45,027 nt of DNA. It comes from a virus (taxonomy: Duplodnaviria > Caudoviricetes). The notes under the pieces are model-generated. The model worked only from the letters and a program-made list of their open reading frames with translations. It had not been told where the DNA came from and ran no database searches. The DNA is taken from positions 1-45,027 of IMG/VR virus record IMGVR_UViG_3300033485_000032; one strand, 5' to 3'. Both the position numbers and the translations under genes were made by a program. Of the stretch, positions 10,074 through 18,101 are shown piece after piece. The stretch's first letter is position 1. Every line of letters begins with the position of its first letter.

Positions 10074-10424
10074 ATGGGACAAGTTACTAAAACAAGAGCG
10101 CCGATTTTTGCAGTGGCGCAAGCTGAGGATGGGAATGGATACGTCGGTATCGCCGTTCTCGCCGGCCTCGCCGTGATGGACCCGGGATACCCCGCCGAGG
10201 TTGACGAGATCGGAGACCCGCACGCCATCCTCACCAAGCACGGATTGGCGCACCTTGACGACTTGACACCGGGGCAGGTTTTGCTCTGGGAGCAAACGGC
10301 CAAGAACGCCAAGTTGCGTGCGGTACTGGCGAAAAACTGGTGGCCCGCCTACCGCGCAGAGCGGGCAGCGGGAAACATCGAAGAGATTGACGCCGCCTGG
10401 GAACCATTGAAAGAAGTGGAATGA
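10074..10424 (+). CDS. Hypothetical protein
   Basis: AAGGAG RBS, 116 aa, translationally coupled to the next gene. Confidence 0.7.
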   Translation: MGQVTKTRAPIFAVAQAEDGNGYVGIAVLAGLAVMDPGYPAEVDEIGDPHAILTKHGLAHLDDLTPGQVLLWEQTAKNAKLRAVLAKNWWPAYRAERAAGNIEEIDAAWEPLKEVE

Positions 10425-11038
10425 GCATCCGCTTGGCCGCGCGCTGGGCGCTCGTTGCGCAACTGTGCGTGTCCTCCCTGGCTCTCGCCGGTCAAATCGT
10501 GTTCTTGACCGACTCGACTGACAGGACGGAAGCGCCCGCGTTCATGGTCGGAATGGTCATTCTCAGCCTGTCCGGGACGGCCATCATGCTCGCCCTGTTG
10601 GATAGGGGCGCAGGTGTGAACGCGGCAATGCAGGGGGCGGCTTGGGTAAACCTTGCTGCCATAGCCGGCATGGTTGCCTGTGACTGGTACAGCGGAAATA
10701 GGCAGTACCCGCAGGTTTTTTGCTTCTTGTCGGTTGGTGTCCTGGTGTTGAACTGGATTGTCGGGGCGCGCCGTGCGGCGGCGTTCTCTGTGACCTGCCT
10801 GGCGCTGATAGTTGGGGCTGTGTTTGTCTCATACCCCATGTCGCCAGTATTTATAGTCGCTACTCTAACCATGTTCGCCTGGCTCGTAGGGTTTGAACTG
10901 CACGCGCAGGCTATCGAGAATGAGCGGTTGCGGAGGCGGGTGGGTAGAATCGAGAGGGCCGGGGAACTGGCGGAAATATCAATCTGCGGGGAGGATGATA
11001 GTGGCAGCGCAGGACGCAGCGGAAATACTTGTACCTGA
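10421..11038 (+). CDS. Polytopic membrane protein (about 6 TM segments, charged C-terminal tail)
   Basis: Alternating hydrophobic stretches followed by ENERLRRRVGRIERAGE. Confidence 0.7.
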   Translation: MSIRLAARWALVAQLCVSSLALAGQIVFLTDSTDRTEAPAFMVGMVILSLSGTAIMLALLDRGAGVNAAMQGAAWVNLAAIAGMVACDWYSGNRQYPQVFCFLSVGVLVLNWIVGARRAAAFSVTCLALIVGAVFVSYPMSPVFIVATLTMFAWLVGFELHAQAIENERLRRRVGRIERAGELAEISICGEDDSGSAGRSGNTCT

Positions 11039-11297
11039 AATTGAAAACGATCCGGCCCTCGCTGCTTTTACCCGCGCTGTGGCAAAGAACGCAGCCGCGT
11101 TAGAGCGGCAGAACGTAATCCTTGCCCGCATACTCAGCACGTTGGAGAACGTTCATATCACCACGACGAGCATACAGGCAAAGCAGGATATTCTTGCCCT
11201 TGCCATCGGGCGGTCCGGGGCCAGCGGTGTCACCGTCTCAGGCGTCGATGGGGAGGGAGACGTTGGTGTGGAGGTGCATCTTGGAAAAAAGGAGTAG
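11001..11297 (+). CDS. Small helical protein with C-terminal G/S/V-rich beta motif
   Basis: GGAGG 6 nt before GTG 11001; ends SGVTVSGVDGEGDVGVEVHLGKKE. Confidence 0.65.
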   Translation: MAAQDAAEILVPEIENDPALAAFTRAVAKNAAALERQNVILARILSTLENVHITTTSIQAKQDILALAIGRSGASGVTVSGVDGEGDVGVEVHLGKKE

Positions 11298-11532
11298 GAA
11301 TCCCCAACCACCCACACAGGTAAGCGGGGTGTCCGTGAGTGGCGTTCGCGCAGGTCGAGACGCCCATGTCTCCATTAGCGTGAACGACCATCCGCAGGAG
11401 GCCCCAGCGCGCCGTGTCCCATCGTCAAAGAAGCCGTCCAGGGGCAGGTGGTTGTCGGACGCTGGGGCCAAACTTCTCGACGTTCTCATAAAGGTCGCCC
11501 CCTGGTTTGCTCCGCTGGTGGTCAAGAAGTAG
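11281..11532 (+). CDS. Small protein with N-terminal G/S/V-rich beta motif and amphipathic C-terminus
   Basis: GGAGG 6 nt before TTG 11281; contains SGVSVSGVRAGRDAHVSISV; ends LLDVLIKVAPWFAPLVVKK. Confidence 0.6.
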   Translation: MEKRSRNPQPPTQVSGVSVSGVRAGRDAHVSISVNDHPQEAPARRVPSSKKPSRGRWLSDAGAKLLDVLIKVAPWFAPLVVKK

Positions 11533-11808
11533 CGGCGGCGTGTAGGGATACGCCCGCTGCACATAACCCATATCAAAACCAACTACCATCCCATCTTTCC
11601 ACCTGGGAATGTGAACAAGATCAGCGGGCCATGTGAAGTGCTGTAAAACGTCCATACCTATCTCACAGCATACGCCGGTATGGGTGGTAAGGGATGCGCA
11701 GGGAACACCAACAATCTCCACGAACTCCCCGTACACCACCTCACCGCCACAAACGTCGCACCTCACTGTATCCATTTCCAGGGAAAAAAACCGCGTCATG
11801 ATTTTCAT
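11425..11808 (-). CDS. Hypothetical protein (CxxC), last gene of the leftward arm
   Basis: GGAGG RBS 9 nt before ATG 11808; CDVC motif; overlaps the convergent + strand gene. Confidence 0.55.
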   Translation of the reverse strand: MKIMTRFFSLEMDTVRCDVCGGEVVYGEFVEIVGVPCASLTTHTGVCCEIGMDVLQHFTWPADLVHIPRWKDGMVVGFDMGYVQRAYPYTPPLLLDHQRSKPGGDLYENVEKFGPSVRQPPAPGRLL

Positions 11809-11825
11809 TAGGTGATACCTCCATA

Positions 11826-12968
11826 TCAGAACAGGCGGGGCTGTTCCGCCGAACTCCTGCTGCATCGCCGTTCCCGTTGCATCCCCGGCAACTCAAGCTG
11901 GCGATCCTCAGCGCGTGCAATCCTATCCCGCGCAACCTCTACCCAGTGCCGGTCGTTGTCCACCAACACCCCGTCGCGCCCAAACCGCTTGCAGGCCACC
12001 CCGGTCGCCCCGCTTCCGCAAAAGCAGTCCAGTACCCGGGCCCCGGGCAGCGTGCTGGTGATGATGATGTGCTCCATGAGCGCGGCGGGTTTCTCGCATG
12101 GGTGTTTTCCTGGGTAGGCCGCAACCGTCGGGAACGCCGTCCAGCAGTCGGTGTACTGGTCTTTTGGCGTGACGGTGAACGGGCGGCGCAGGCTTTCGTA
12201 TTCTGCCCGCAAGTCCTCGTAGTCCTGGCGCAAGTCCTCGTAGTCCTGGCGCAAGAACTCGTAGTCCTGGCGCAAGAACTCGTAGTCCTGGCGCAAGAAC
12301 TCGTCACCGCCGTTGCGGTTGGCGTACCGCTGCATCGCCTGGTAATGCTCCCGCGTCGGCATGCACCACTGCGATTGCGTGAAATAGTGGCGACCTGCCA
12401 TGCTTGCCGTTCCGCATGCGGTGTTGGCGTCTTCCGGTTTCAGCCCCGCCCGCTCCCACTCCGAGCGCAGGTACAAGCGGATGGGGTCAAAGACGAATCC
12501 CCGCGCCCGGTCGCATTGGGCCTGGTATCCCGACTTACCGGCGGCGTAGCTGTCCGCGCCGTACTGCTCGGCGAAAATAATGTGCTCTTTGCGCGGGAAA
12601 AATGAGCGCAGATCGTCTTTGCTGGCGCGACTCCATAACCCGCCCCCGTTCGGCTTCCCATCCGTCTTGACCCACACGATGTTATTCAAAATGTGAAACG
12701 TCTCAGCGACCTTGCACTCCACACGCGCCGCCATCTGTGGAGACGCGAAAAGGTAGAGCGACCCGTTGGGGCGCAGCAACCGCGCCCACTCCGCGCACAG
12801 GTCGCCGATCCATGCCAGGTAGTAGGCGGGGCTGGCCCACTGGTTGTCCCACTCATCGTCTTTGACGCCACAGTACGGCGGGTCCGTCTCCACCAGGTCA
12901 AAAGATGCGGCGGGGAGCCTGCGCATCACTGCCAGCGCGTCGCCAGCATACACCCGCACCCTACTCAA
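11826..12968 (-). CDS. DNA N6-adenine/N4-cytosine methyltransferase (beta class)
   Basis: TDPPY catalytic motif, HPCEKP, and VLDCFCGSGATG SAM-binding motif. Likely TTG start at 12968 after GGAG; the ORF track start at 13214 is probably too long. Confidence 0.92.
   Translation of the reverse strand: MSRVRVYAGDALAVMRRLPAASFDLVETDPPYCGVKDDEWDNQWASPAYYLAWIGDLCAEWARLLRPNGSLYLFASPQMAARVECKVAETFHILNNIVWVKTDGKPNGGGLWSRASKDDLRSFFPRKEHIIFAEQYGADSYAAGKSGYQAQCDRARGFVFDPIRLYLRSEWERAGLKPEDANTACGTASMAGRHYFTQSQWCMPTREHYQAMQRYANRNGGDEFLRQDYEFLRQDYEFLRQDYEDLRQDYEDLRAEYESLRRPFTVTPKDQYTDCWTAFPTVAAYPGKHPCEKPAALMEHIIITSTLPGARVLDCFCGSGATGVACKRFGRDGVLVDNDRHWVEVARDRIARAEDRQLELPGMQRERRCSRSSAEQPRLF
12208..12304. repeat. 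21-bp tandem repeat, about 4.6 copies, inside the methyltransferase
   Basis: cgcaag(tc/aa)ctcgtagtcctgg units at 12208, 12229, 12250, 12271 and a partial unit at 12292; encodes RQDYE(F/D)L heptads. Confidence 0.95.
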
Positions 12969-13314
12969 AGAGCACTCCCTGAATATAGCCGCCAGAACGC
13001 AGCATCCTATCCTCCTCGCGTTTCTTTCTGCGCAACGCTTCGCGGTCCTCACGATCAGCCGCCTGCTTTTCAAGTTTTCGCAGGAGCTTCTCTTCCCGCA
13101 ACTTGGCGTTAAAATCTTCCACCATGCCGTAGACTCCACCAGCAGGTGTGGCGTCACGATCAGAGCGCCACACGACACGATCACCGTGACCGTCCGGGTG
13201 TCCGTACACACCATCGCTGGAAAGGACGGTGTACAGGCTGTACGAGTATTCCATCCTGTGGACTTCTATGAGCATGATGTATTTTATGCGGTTTTCCGGG
13301 TGCCTTCTTGGCAT
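12961..13314 (-). CDS. Hypothetical protein with charged C-terminal helix
   Basis: GGAGG RBS; 117 aa; coupled to the downstream MTase. Confidence 0.6.
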   Translation of the reverse strand: MPRRHPENRIKYIMLIEVHRMEYSYSLYTVLSSDGVYGHPDGHGDRVVWRSDRDATPAGGVYGMVEDFNAKLREEKLLRKLEKQAADREDREALRRKKREEDRMLRSGGYIQGVLFE

Positions 13315-13329
13315 GTCAACCTCCGATAC

Positions 13330-13599
13330 TTACCACAATTTACCTTGCTGTAGACTCTCTACCACCTGCCCGACGGCCTGCTGCTCGGACACCTGCCCGC
13401 CGAGCAACCAGCACACGTTGCGCCAGTTGTCGGTTTCGGCCAGCATAACCACGCCGGGCCGCTTCTTGATCACGTCGAGCAAGGAGCAGTTGTCGGCGAC
13501 CACGATCCGGCGGGCGGCTTTGGCGTAGGGAGACGGGTCGCGCCCGGCGGCCAGGGAGTTGGGGAACTCAAAGACGAGCCACACGTCACACCACTCCAA
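13330..13599 (-). CDS. Hypothetical protein
   Basis: Fills the gap in the leftward operon and overlaps the C5-MTase stop. Confidence 0.5.
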   Translation of the reverse strand: MEWCDVWLVFEFPNSLAAGRDPSPYAKAARRIVVADNCSLLDVIKKRPGVVMLAETDNWRNVCWLLGGQVSEQQAVGQVVESLQQGKLW

Positions 13600-14245
13600 C
13601 GCGCAGCATGTACCGCCCGATCCATTCTGTGTAGGCGGGTGGGATTGCCTGGGTCATCTCTGCCTTTGTCATCCAGTCAATTCCCATTGCCACACTCCAA
13701 GCTCCCTTTGTCCTATGAGCTGCATTTATTCGCCCTCGCCCCGCGTCACCGTGTCCAACGACACAGCAAAAACCGTTTTCCCCAATTCTGCGCCCCGCGT
13801 GCTTTATGTGCGGGGGTTGCAACAAGAGTAGGTTGCTGTCAAACAGCCTATGACGGAATACCTTTAGCCCAAACATCACGCCGCATAGCATGATAGCATT
13901 CGGCATGTTCTTTCGCGCCCCGACCACGTTTTCTATCACGTATGGCAAGCCGGTCTCTGCCAGCACGCCCCGCACATCATCTATCAGCAGTTTGTAACCG
14001 CGCCCCTGACATTGGGGCAACTTTGACGTGATGCTGTACCCCTGGCACGGCGGGCTGGCGTGAATCACGTCGAAACCGCGCCATCCTTCCGCCGCCATGA
14101 ACTCGAAAACGTCTGCTTGAACGAATTGAAACTGGTAATGCGGCTGTGCCCGATTGTCCACGCCAACGACATCGAAACCGGCGCGGTGGTAGCCCATCGC
14201 CGCGCCGCCGGCCCCGCAAAACAGGTCGAGTATCTTTTTACCCAC
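13586..14245 (-). CDS. DNA (cytosine-5) methyltransferase, compact phage type
   Basis: DLFCGAGG (motif I), ASPPCQ (IV), IENV (VI), RHRLF (VIII) and QAIPPAY (X). Confidence 0.92.
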   Translation of the reverse strand: MGKKILDLFCGAGGAAMGYHRAGFDVVGVDNRAQPHYQFQFVQADVFEFMAAEGWRGFDVIHASPPCQGYSITSKLPQCQGRGYKLLIDDVRGVLAETGLPYVIENVVGARKNMPNAIMLCGVMFGLKVFRHRLFDSNLLLLQPPHIKHAGRRIGENGFCCVVGHGDAGRGRINAAHRTKGAWSVAMGIDWMTKAEMTQAIPPAYTEWIGRYMLRVGVV

Positions 14246-14498
14246 TTTTCAACTCCCTTACCGTCTTAGCCTGGCCCTCAAACGTCCAGCGCAGAACATC
14301 CGCCGCGCATCTGTCTGACTGCCCACACATCTTCAACCGCTCCGGATCCGGCTCCGGAAACACTTCCACCCGGTAGCGGTGCACGGCGTCGTCAATGCTC
14401 CGGGCGCACATTTCGATTATGGCGCAGCGGTAGCGGATTGCCAACTTGCGCGACTTGGGGCGCATCTTAACCCACACAACACGGTGCGAAAGCATCAC
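14238..14498 (-). CDS. Hypothetical protein
   Basis: Overlaps both neighbours in operon fashion. Confidence 0.55.
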   Translation of the reverse strand: MMLSHRVVWVKMRPKSRKLAIRYRCAIIEMCARSIDDAVHRYRVEVFPEPDPERLKMCGQSDRCAADVLRWTFEGQAKTVRELKSG

Positions 14499-15214
14499 TC
14501 ACCCCCTATCAAGTTTTGCACCTTCACGCCCGGCCCGCTGACCAGCCCCGCCGTAACCGTAACGACCGGGGCAGCCAGCGCCGGGCATCCCGCCAGCACT
14601 GCAAAGCGGGTGACGGTCAATGTCCCGCCGTTGGTCACGTCCACTGTCACCAGCGCGGTAGCCTGCTGGCAATCCACCCGCCAGCACGTCCAGGAGCGTG
14701 TGCAACGGCTGTCCGCCCGTTCTCCGGTCTCGCACGGGTCGCCGGGCCAGCACACAGAGACGGTGGAGGGGGTGGGCGTCGGCGTCGGGGTGGGGGTGGG
14801 GTTGGGAGAAGGAGCTATGCAGAGCGTCGTCGTGTAGTAGGTCGTCGTCACTGAGGCTGGGCAACGTATTGGGGCGGGCGTCGTGGTCGGAGTGACGTTC
14901 CAACCGTTCACCGGCCAGCCCCACTCTATATGCTGCCCGTTGACGGGCCAGAAGGCAGGAAGGCCGATAGCAGACCTGCAAGCGGTCGTGTATGTGTAGA
15001 ATGAATCGGGATCGCCACAATGCCTGTTGACGCGCTCGCGGGGTGTGGCTGGCGGCGGGGTAGAGATAACCAACAGGGCCGCCACGATACAAATAAGCGC
15101 AATAGCCCAAAGAGCGTCGTTCATTGCGTCTATCTTTGGCCGAGTTCGCCAGGCTACTACTCGCCCATAGCGCCCATGCCATTTTACCCAGTTCCAACCT
15201 TTTTTCATTTTCAT
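14495..15214 (-). CDS. Membrane-anchored/secreted Cys-containing protein with Pro-Thr linker
   Basis: Hydrophobic segment ALWAIALICIVAALLVI, PTPTPTPTPTP linker and several Cys; start could be 15214 or a later Met. Confidence 0.65.
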   Translation of the reverse strand: MKMKKGWNWVKWHGRYGRVVAWRTRPKIDAMNDALWAIALICIVAALLVISTPPPATPRERVNRHCGDPDSFYTYTTACRSAIGLPAFWPVNGQHIEWGWPVNGWNVTPTTTPAPIRCPASVTTTYYTTTLCIAPSPNPTPTPTPTPTPSTVSVCWPGDPCETGERADSRCTRSWTCWRVDCQQATALVTVDVTNGGTLTVTRFAVLAGCPALAAPVVTVTAGLVSGPGVKVQNLIGGE

Positions 15215-15432
15215 TTTATCCCCAACTCCTCGCAGATTTTGCGCACCCATTGCGGCATGCTGTTGCGGTATCTATGCCGGAAACCACAGTCCGGGCAGGA
15301 TACCTCGAATGAGCCGGTGAGATCGTCAACGTCATAAGTTTTATACCATGTTCCATCGTCACACCTCAAATGACGATAGAACCCTGTTCCAAACTCTAGC
15401 ACCTGTACGTGGGGATGCCTACACCGCTTCAT
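15211..15432 (-). CDS. Small zinc-ribbon-like protein
   Basis: CRH...CPDC ligands; GGAGG RBS; ATGA overlap. Confidence 0.55.
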   Translation of the reverse strand: MKRCRHPHVQVLEFGTGFYRHLRCDDGTWYKTYDVDDLTGSFEVSCPDCGFRHRYRNSMPQWVRKICEELGIK

Positions 15433-15575
15433 TTTATCCCTCCCGGATTGTGAAACGGGCACCACCACCACCCGCCCCACCCGCCGCACTGCCAGCATCC
15501 CGCTCCGGAACACCAAAAACAGGCTGACCAGCGCAGCGGGTGGGAGCAGAGTGGGCAGGCGAGCGGGGTGGTCAT
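15429..15575 (-). CDS. Small Cys/Trp-rich zinc-finger peptide
   Basis: CPLC, CFWCSGAG, CWQCGGWG and CPFH (DnaJ-like CxxCxGxG repeats); ATGA overlaps at both ends. Confidence 0.55.
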   Translation of the reverse strand: MTTPLACPLCSHPLRWSACFWCSGAGCWQCGGWGGWWWCPFHNPGGIK

Positions 15576-16135
15576 TTCCTTCTCGCCCCTCTCCGCAAAA
15601 TCAGATACCAGATGAAACCACCGCCAACCTTTGCCGCAAACTGACCGGCGCATACTGCCAATATCGGCGGCCAACCAAATGCCAGGACGGGGAAAATCAG
15701 CGAATCAACAGCCGCCGAAAACACGTTGCTTCCATTGACGCGCACCAACCGACCACGCTTGACCAACAGGTGGTATATCATCGCGTCAACCACGTTGGCG
15801 CAGGCAAATGCGGAGAACGATGCGACCGCGATTTGTCCCGCTGCTCGATTGAGCGCCCAGGAAATGACCGACCCCGCCAGAATGAGCGCCCCCATCTTTC
15901 CAACGAGCCGCCGACCACGCCATGCGTCGTGCAACCCATCCCGGCACGTCAAGTCCAGCCCAATGAAAGCTAAGGCGTTAAACACGCTCGCCGCCGGGCC
16001 GAACCGGGCCGTTATCAGATTCGCCGCCACAATTGCCAACAGGTAGAGGCAAACGAATTTGGTATTGGCGCTCCATATATAGCGCCCATGCTTCCACAGT
16101 TTTTGCAGTCCCGTCAAAACGTGTCCTTGTTCCAT
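15572..16135 (-). CDS. VUT-family (YhhQ-like) putative preQ0/preQ1 transporter
   Basis: YLLAIVAANL, FIGLDLTCRD, IAVASFSAF...VDAMIY, SNVFSAAVDSLIF..LAFG and GQFAAK are VUT-family motifs. Start uncertain; ATG 16135 has GGAGGAG 10 nt upstream. Confidence 0.85.
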   Translation of the reverse strand: MEQGHVLTGLQKLWKHGRYIWSANTKFVCLYLLAIVAANLITARFGPAASVFNALAFIGLDLTCRDGLHDAWRGRRLVGKMGALILAGSVISWALNRAAGQIAVASFSAFACANVVDAMIYHLLVKRGRLVRVNGSNVFSAAVDSLIFPVLAFGWPPILAVCAGQFAAKVGGGFIWYLILRRGARRK

Positions 16136-16652
16136 CGCAAGTAAACTCCTCCGAGCCTGGCAAGGCTCTGAAATGTGCGTATCGCCTCCACCAGTTGACG
16201 CGCCCGATGTGGACATGCAAATGTCGGGCTTGCGCCTCTTGTATGCAAGCAATCGCAGCGTCGGACATTTTCCAAGTGGTTGACCCTCCGATAAAAACAG
16301 CAGCGCAATAATCTGGTATCTGTTCTGGTATCTGTCCGTCTTGGCAAACGAACGCAACCGGCCAGAACGTGAGGGCGCTTCTCCACTTCCGCCACAACCG
16401 CATAGTCTCGCTCGCGTCTCCTACTCTATCGGGGCACGGAACGAAAAGGCAGGTATCTTTGTACTTTTCCATCCCACTCAACCAATTGAAAAATCGTTTA
16501 GGATGTATTTCAAACCTTTTTGTATATTGCTCATTCTCAGCAGCCCAAGCCATCCCCGCAACGATTCCAGCCGGTACACCAGTATGGCTCGGAGACGTGA
16601 GAATACCAAACCTAAAATCAATTACACCCCCTACTGGTAAAAGGAATTTCAT
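15978..16652 (-). CDS. TGT/DpdA-like base-exchange transglycosylase (putative 7-deazaguanine insertion)
   Basis: PDRVGDA, AFVCQDG, FIGGS, VHIGRVN and CDGT line up with TGT-barrel motifs; overlaps the VUT gene. Confidence 0.65.
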   Translation of the reverse strand: MKFLLPVGGVIDFRFGILTSPSHTGVPAGIVAGMAWAAENEQYTKRFEIHPKRFFNWLSGMEKYKDTCLFVPCPDRVGDASETMRLWRKWRSALTFWPVAFVCQDGQIPEQIPDYCAAVFIGGSTTWKMSDAAIACIQEAQARHLHVHIGRVNWWRRYAHFRALPGSEEFTCDGTRTRFDGTAKTVEAWALYMERQYQIRLPLPVGNCGGESDNGPVRPGGERV

Positions 16653-16710
16653 TGCATCGCCTCACATTCGCGCAGCGATAGGGCGCAGAGCGGGCAGGAG
16701 GGAGGGGTGT

Positions 16711-16914
16711 TCAGCATTTTTCCGCCCCCTGCACATCGAATTCCACTCCCCGCGCCTCGCACGCATCTGCAAAATCAGCGGATTCTCTACGCGGCACGTC
16801 CGCACTCCACGTCTCTGAGCGCCCATCGCTTCCAACGAGCATGGCGTCCTCTGCACCTGGTATCTGGCGCTGCCAGAGTGACGCGCCAAGCAGTATTCTG
16901 AGTAGGAATTTCAT
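16711..16914 (-). CDS. Hypothetical protein
   Basis: AAAGGAG RBS, 67 aa. Confidence 0.6.
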   Translation of the reverse strand: MKFLLRILLGASLWQRQIPGAEDAMLVGSDGRSETWSADVPRRESADFADACEARGVEFDVQGAEKC

Positions 16915-16962
16915 TGTGCTCCTTTAGTCATGGGTGTGCGATCTGACAGGTGGGCCGGGCGG

Positions 16963-17295
16963 TCATTCTATGGCTACATCCTCATGCGCTTTGAAAACGT
17001 GCTCAAAACCGCATACTGTACAGCGCGCCTTGTACGAAACACTGAAAACACCGCCCTCGTCTAGCGATATTTCGTAATCCTCCCGCATTGCGGGGCTTCT
17101 GAGCAACTTTTCAATACCTGACTTTAACTCCTGTACGCGATTATCAGCCTTTTCTATTATCCGCAAAAATTCATCGTACTCAACTTGACCATAGCTGTCT
17201 CGCTTTACGGAGAGAAGTTTTTGCTCGGCTTTTTCCAGAGAATCCTTCATGCCTTTCAAGCACTTGGGGCAAATTGCCCAATTATCAGCACTCAT
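16963..17295 (-). CDS. Hypothetical protein with split CxxC pairs around a coiled coil
   Basis: AAGGAG RBS; CPKC...CTVC. Confidence 0.7.
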   Translation of the reverse strand: MSADNWAICPKCLKGMKDSLEKAEQKLLSVKRDSYGQVEYDEFLRIIEKADNRVQELKSGIEKLLRSPAMREDYEISLDEGGVFSVSYKARCTVCGFEHVFKAHEDVAIE

Positions 17296-17358
17296 TTCAT
17301 ACTCCTTTTGTCTTGTTTAATTCATGCTTCGCATATTCTCTATTATGCGAACCATGAA

Positions 17359-17607
17359 TCAATATTTCCAGTAAGTTGGGAGCATATCACACTTAATGGT
17401 GTACGTTTTGCGCTCCCGTTCTCCCAATTGTGGCGATACCCACGAAACTTCAACCACTACCATTTCGCCATTCATTGCCAAGTAGGGCTTTGCGTTTATC
17501 CTGTCTATCGCCTCTACTCCCTTACACGCCGCCTCTAGCGAATTGGCCGCACGTAAAACAACCCCACCCTCCCCACCTTCTATTATCGTAACGCCGTACT
17601 CTGTCAT
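17359..17607 (-). CDS. Hypothetical protein
   Basis: AAAGGAG RBS, 82 aa. Confidence 0.6.
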   Translation of the reverse strand: MTEYGVTIIEGGEGGVVLRAANSLEAACKGVEAIDRINAKPYLAMNGEMVVVEVSWVSPQLGERERKTYTIKCDMLPTYWKY

Positions 17608-17626
17608 GTATCAACTCCTTTCGCAG

Positions 17627-17833
17627 CTATACCCGCGTCACCTTGTACTCGACTCGGCGCGTTACTTTGTACTGTACACCGTCAACTGTTGCAGTCATTT
17701 CCCCGTCTTGTAGACCGCGCCGCTCGTCAATCTCTGCTACCGCGTCTTTTACAGCATCCTCAGCGGTTAAGGCGGCAACGTGTGGTGAAAACGTCCAATT
17801 TCCTGCGGTTACTGTTACCTCGAATACCTGCAT
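17627..17833 (-). CDS. Hypothetical protein flanked by 19-bp direct repeats
   Basis: AAAGGAG RBS before ATG 17833; repeats at 17611-17629 and 17839-17857. Confidence 0.6.
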   Translation of the reverse strand: MQVFEVTVTAGNWTFSPHVAALTAEDAVKDAVAEIDERRGLQDGEMTATVDGVQYKVTRRVEYKVTRV

Positions 17834-17854
17834 CGCGGTCAACTCCTTTCGCGG

Positions 17855-18100
17855 CTACTGGCTACTGCCAGCGCCGCGTGCTTTCGCCTTCTCCTCCAAC
17901 CTGTCAATCTCGCCCAGGAGCGCGCCGGCCAGCGACGAGTACATCGCGCTCGTCTCCTCGATTGTCGTGAGGAGATTCGTGTACCGAACCTCGCACCCGG
18001 TCCCGGTCGGTCGGTAGCACTTCACCGAGTACCCGGCTGCGCGGGCCGCCGCATTGAGGCGGTTGACGACCTCTTGCAACCTGACTTGCCACTCTTCCAT
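17855..18100 (-). CDS. Hypothetical protein
   Basis: GAGGGG RBS before MEEWQ at 18100. Confidence 0.55.
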   Translation of the reverse strand: MEEWQVRLQEVVNRLNAAARAAGYSVKCYRPTGTGCEVRYTNLLTTIEETSAMYSSLAGALLGEIDRLEEKAKARGAGSSQ

Positions 18101-18101
18101 T

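Noticed and set aside
11285-11291. A AAA AAG slippery site that might fuse the two motif-sharing ORFs
   Set aside because: The -1 frame stops after about 12 codons. The downstream ORF is in the +1 frame and has its own GGAGG plus TTG start.
12208-12304. Possible CRISPR array
   Set aside because: Repeats are contiguous with no unique spacers, are in frame within a gene, and no cas genes are present.
12969-13214. N-terminal extension of the N6/N4 methyltransferase in the ORF track
   Set aside because: It overlaps the 12961-13314 gene in another frame; the MTase pattern begins right after the GGAG-TTG at 12968.
14762-14806. G-rich repeat as a G-quadruplex or regulatory repeat
   Set aside because: Fully explained as the coding sequence of the Pro-Thr linker on the - strand.
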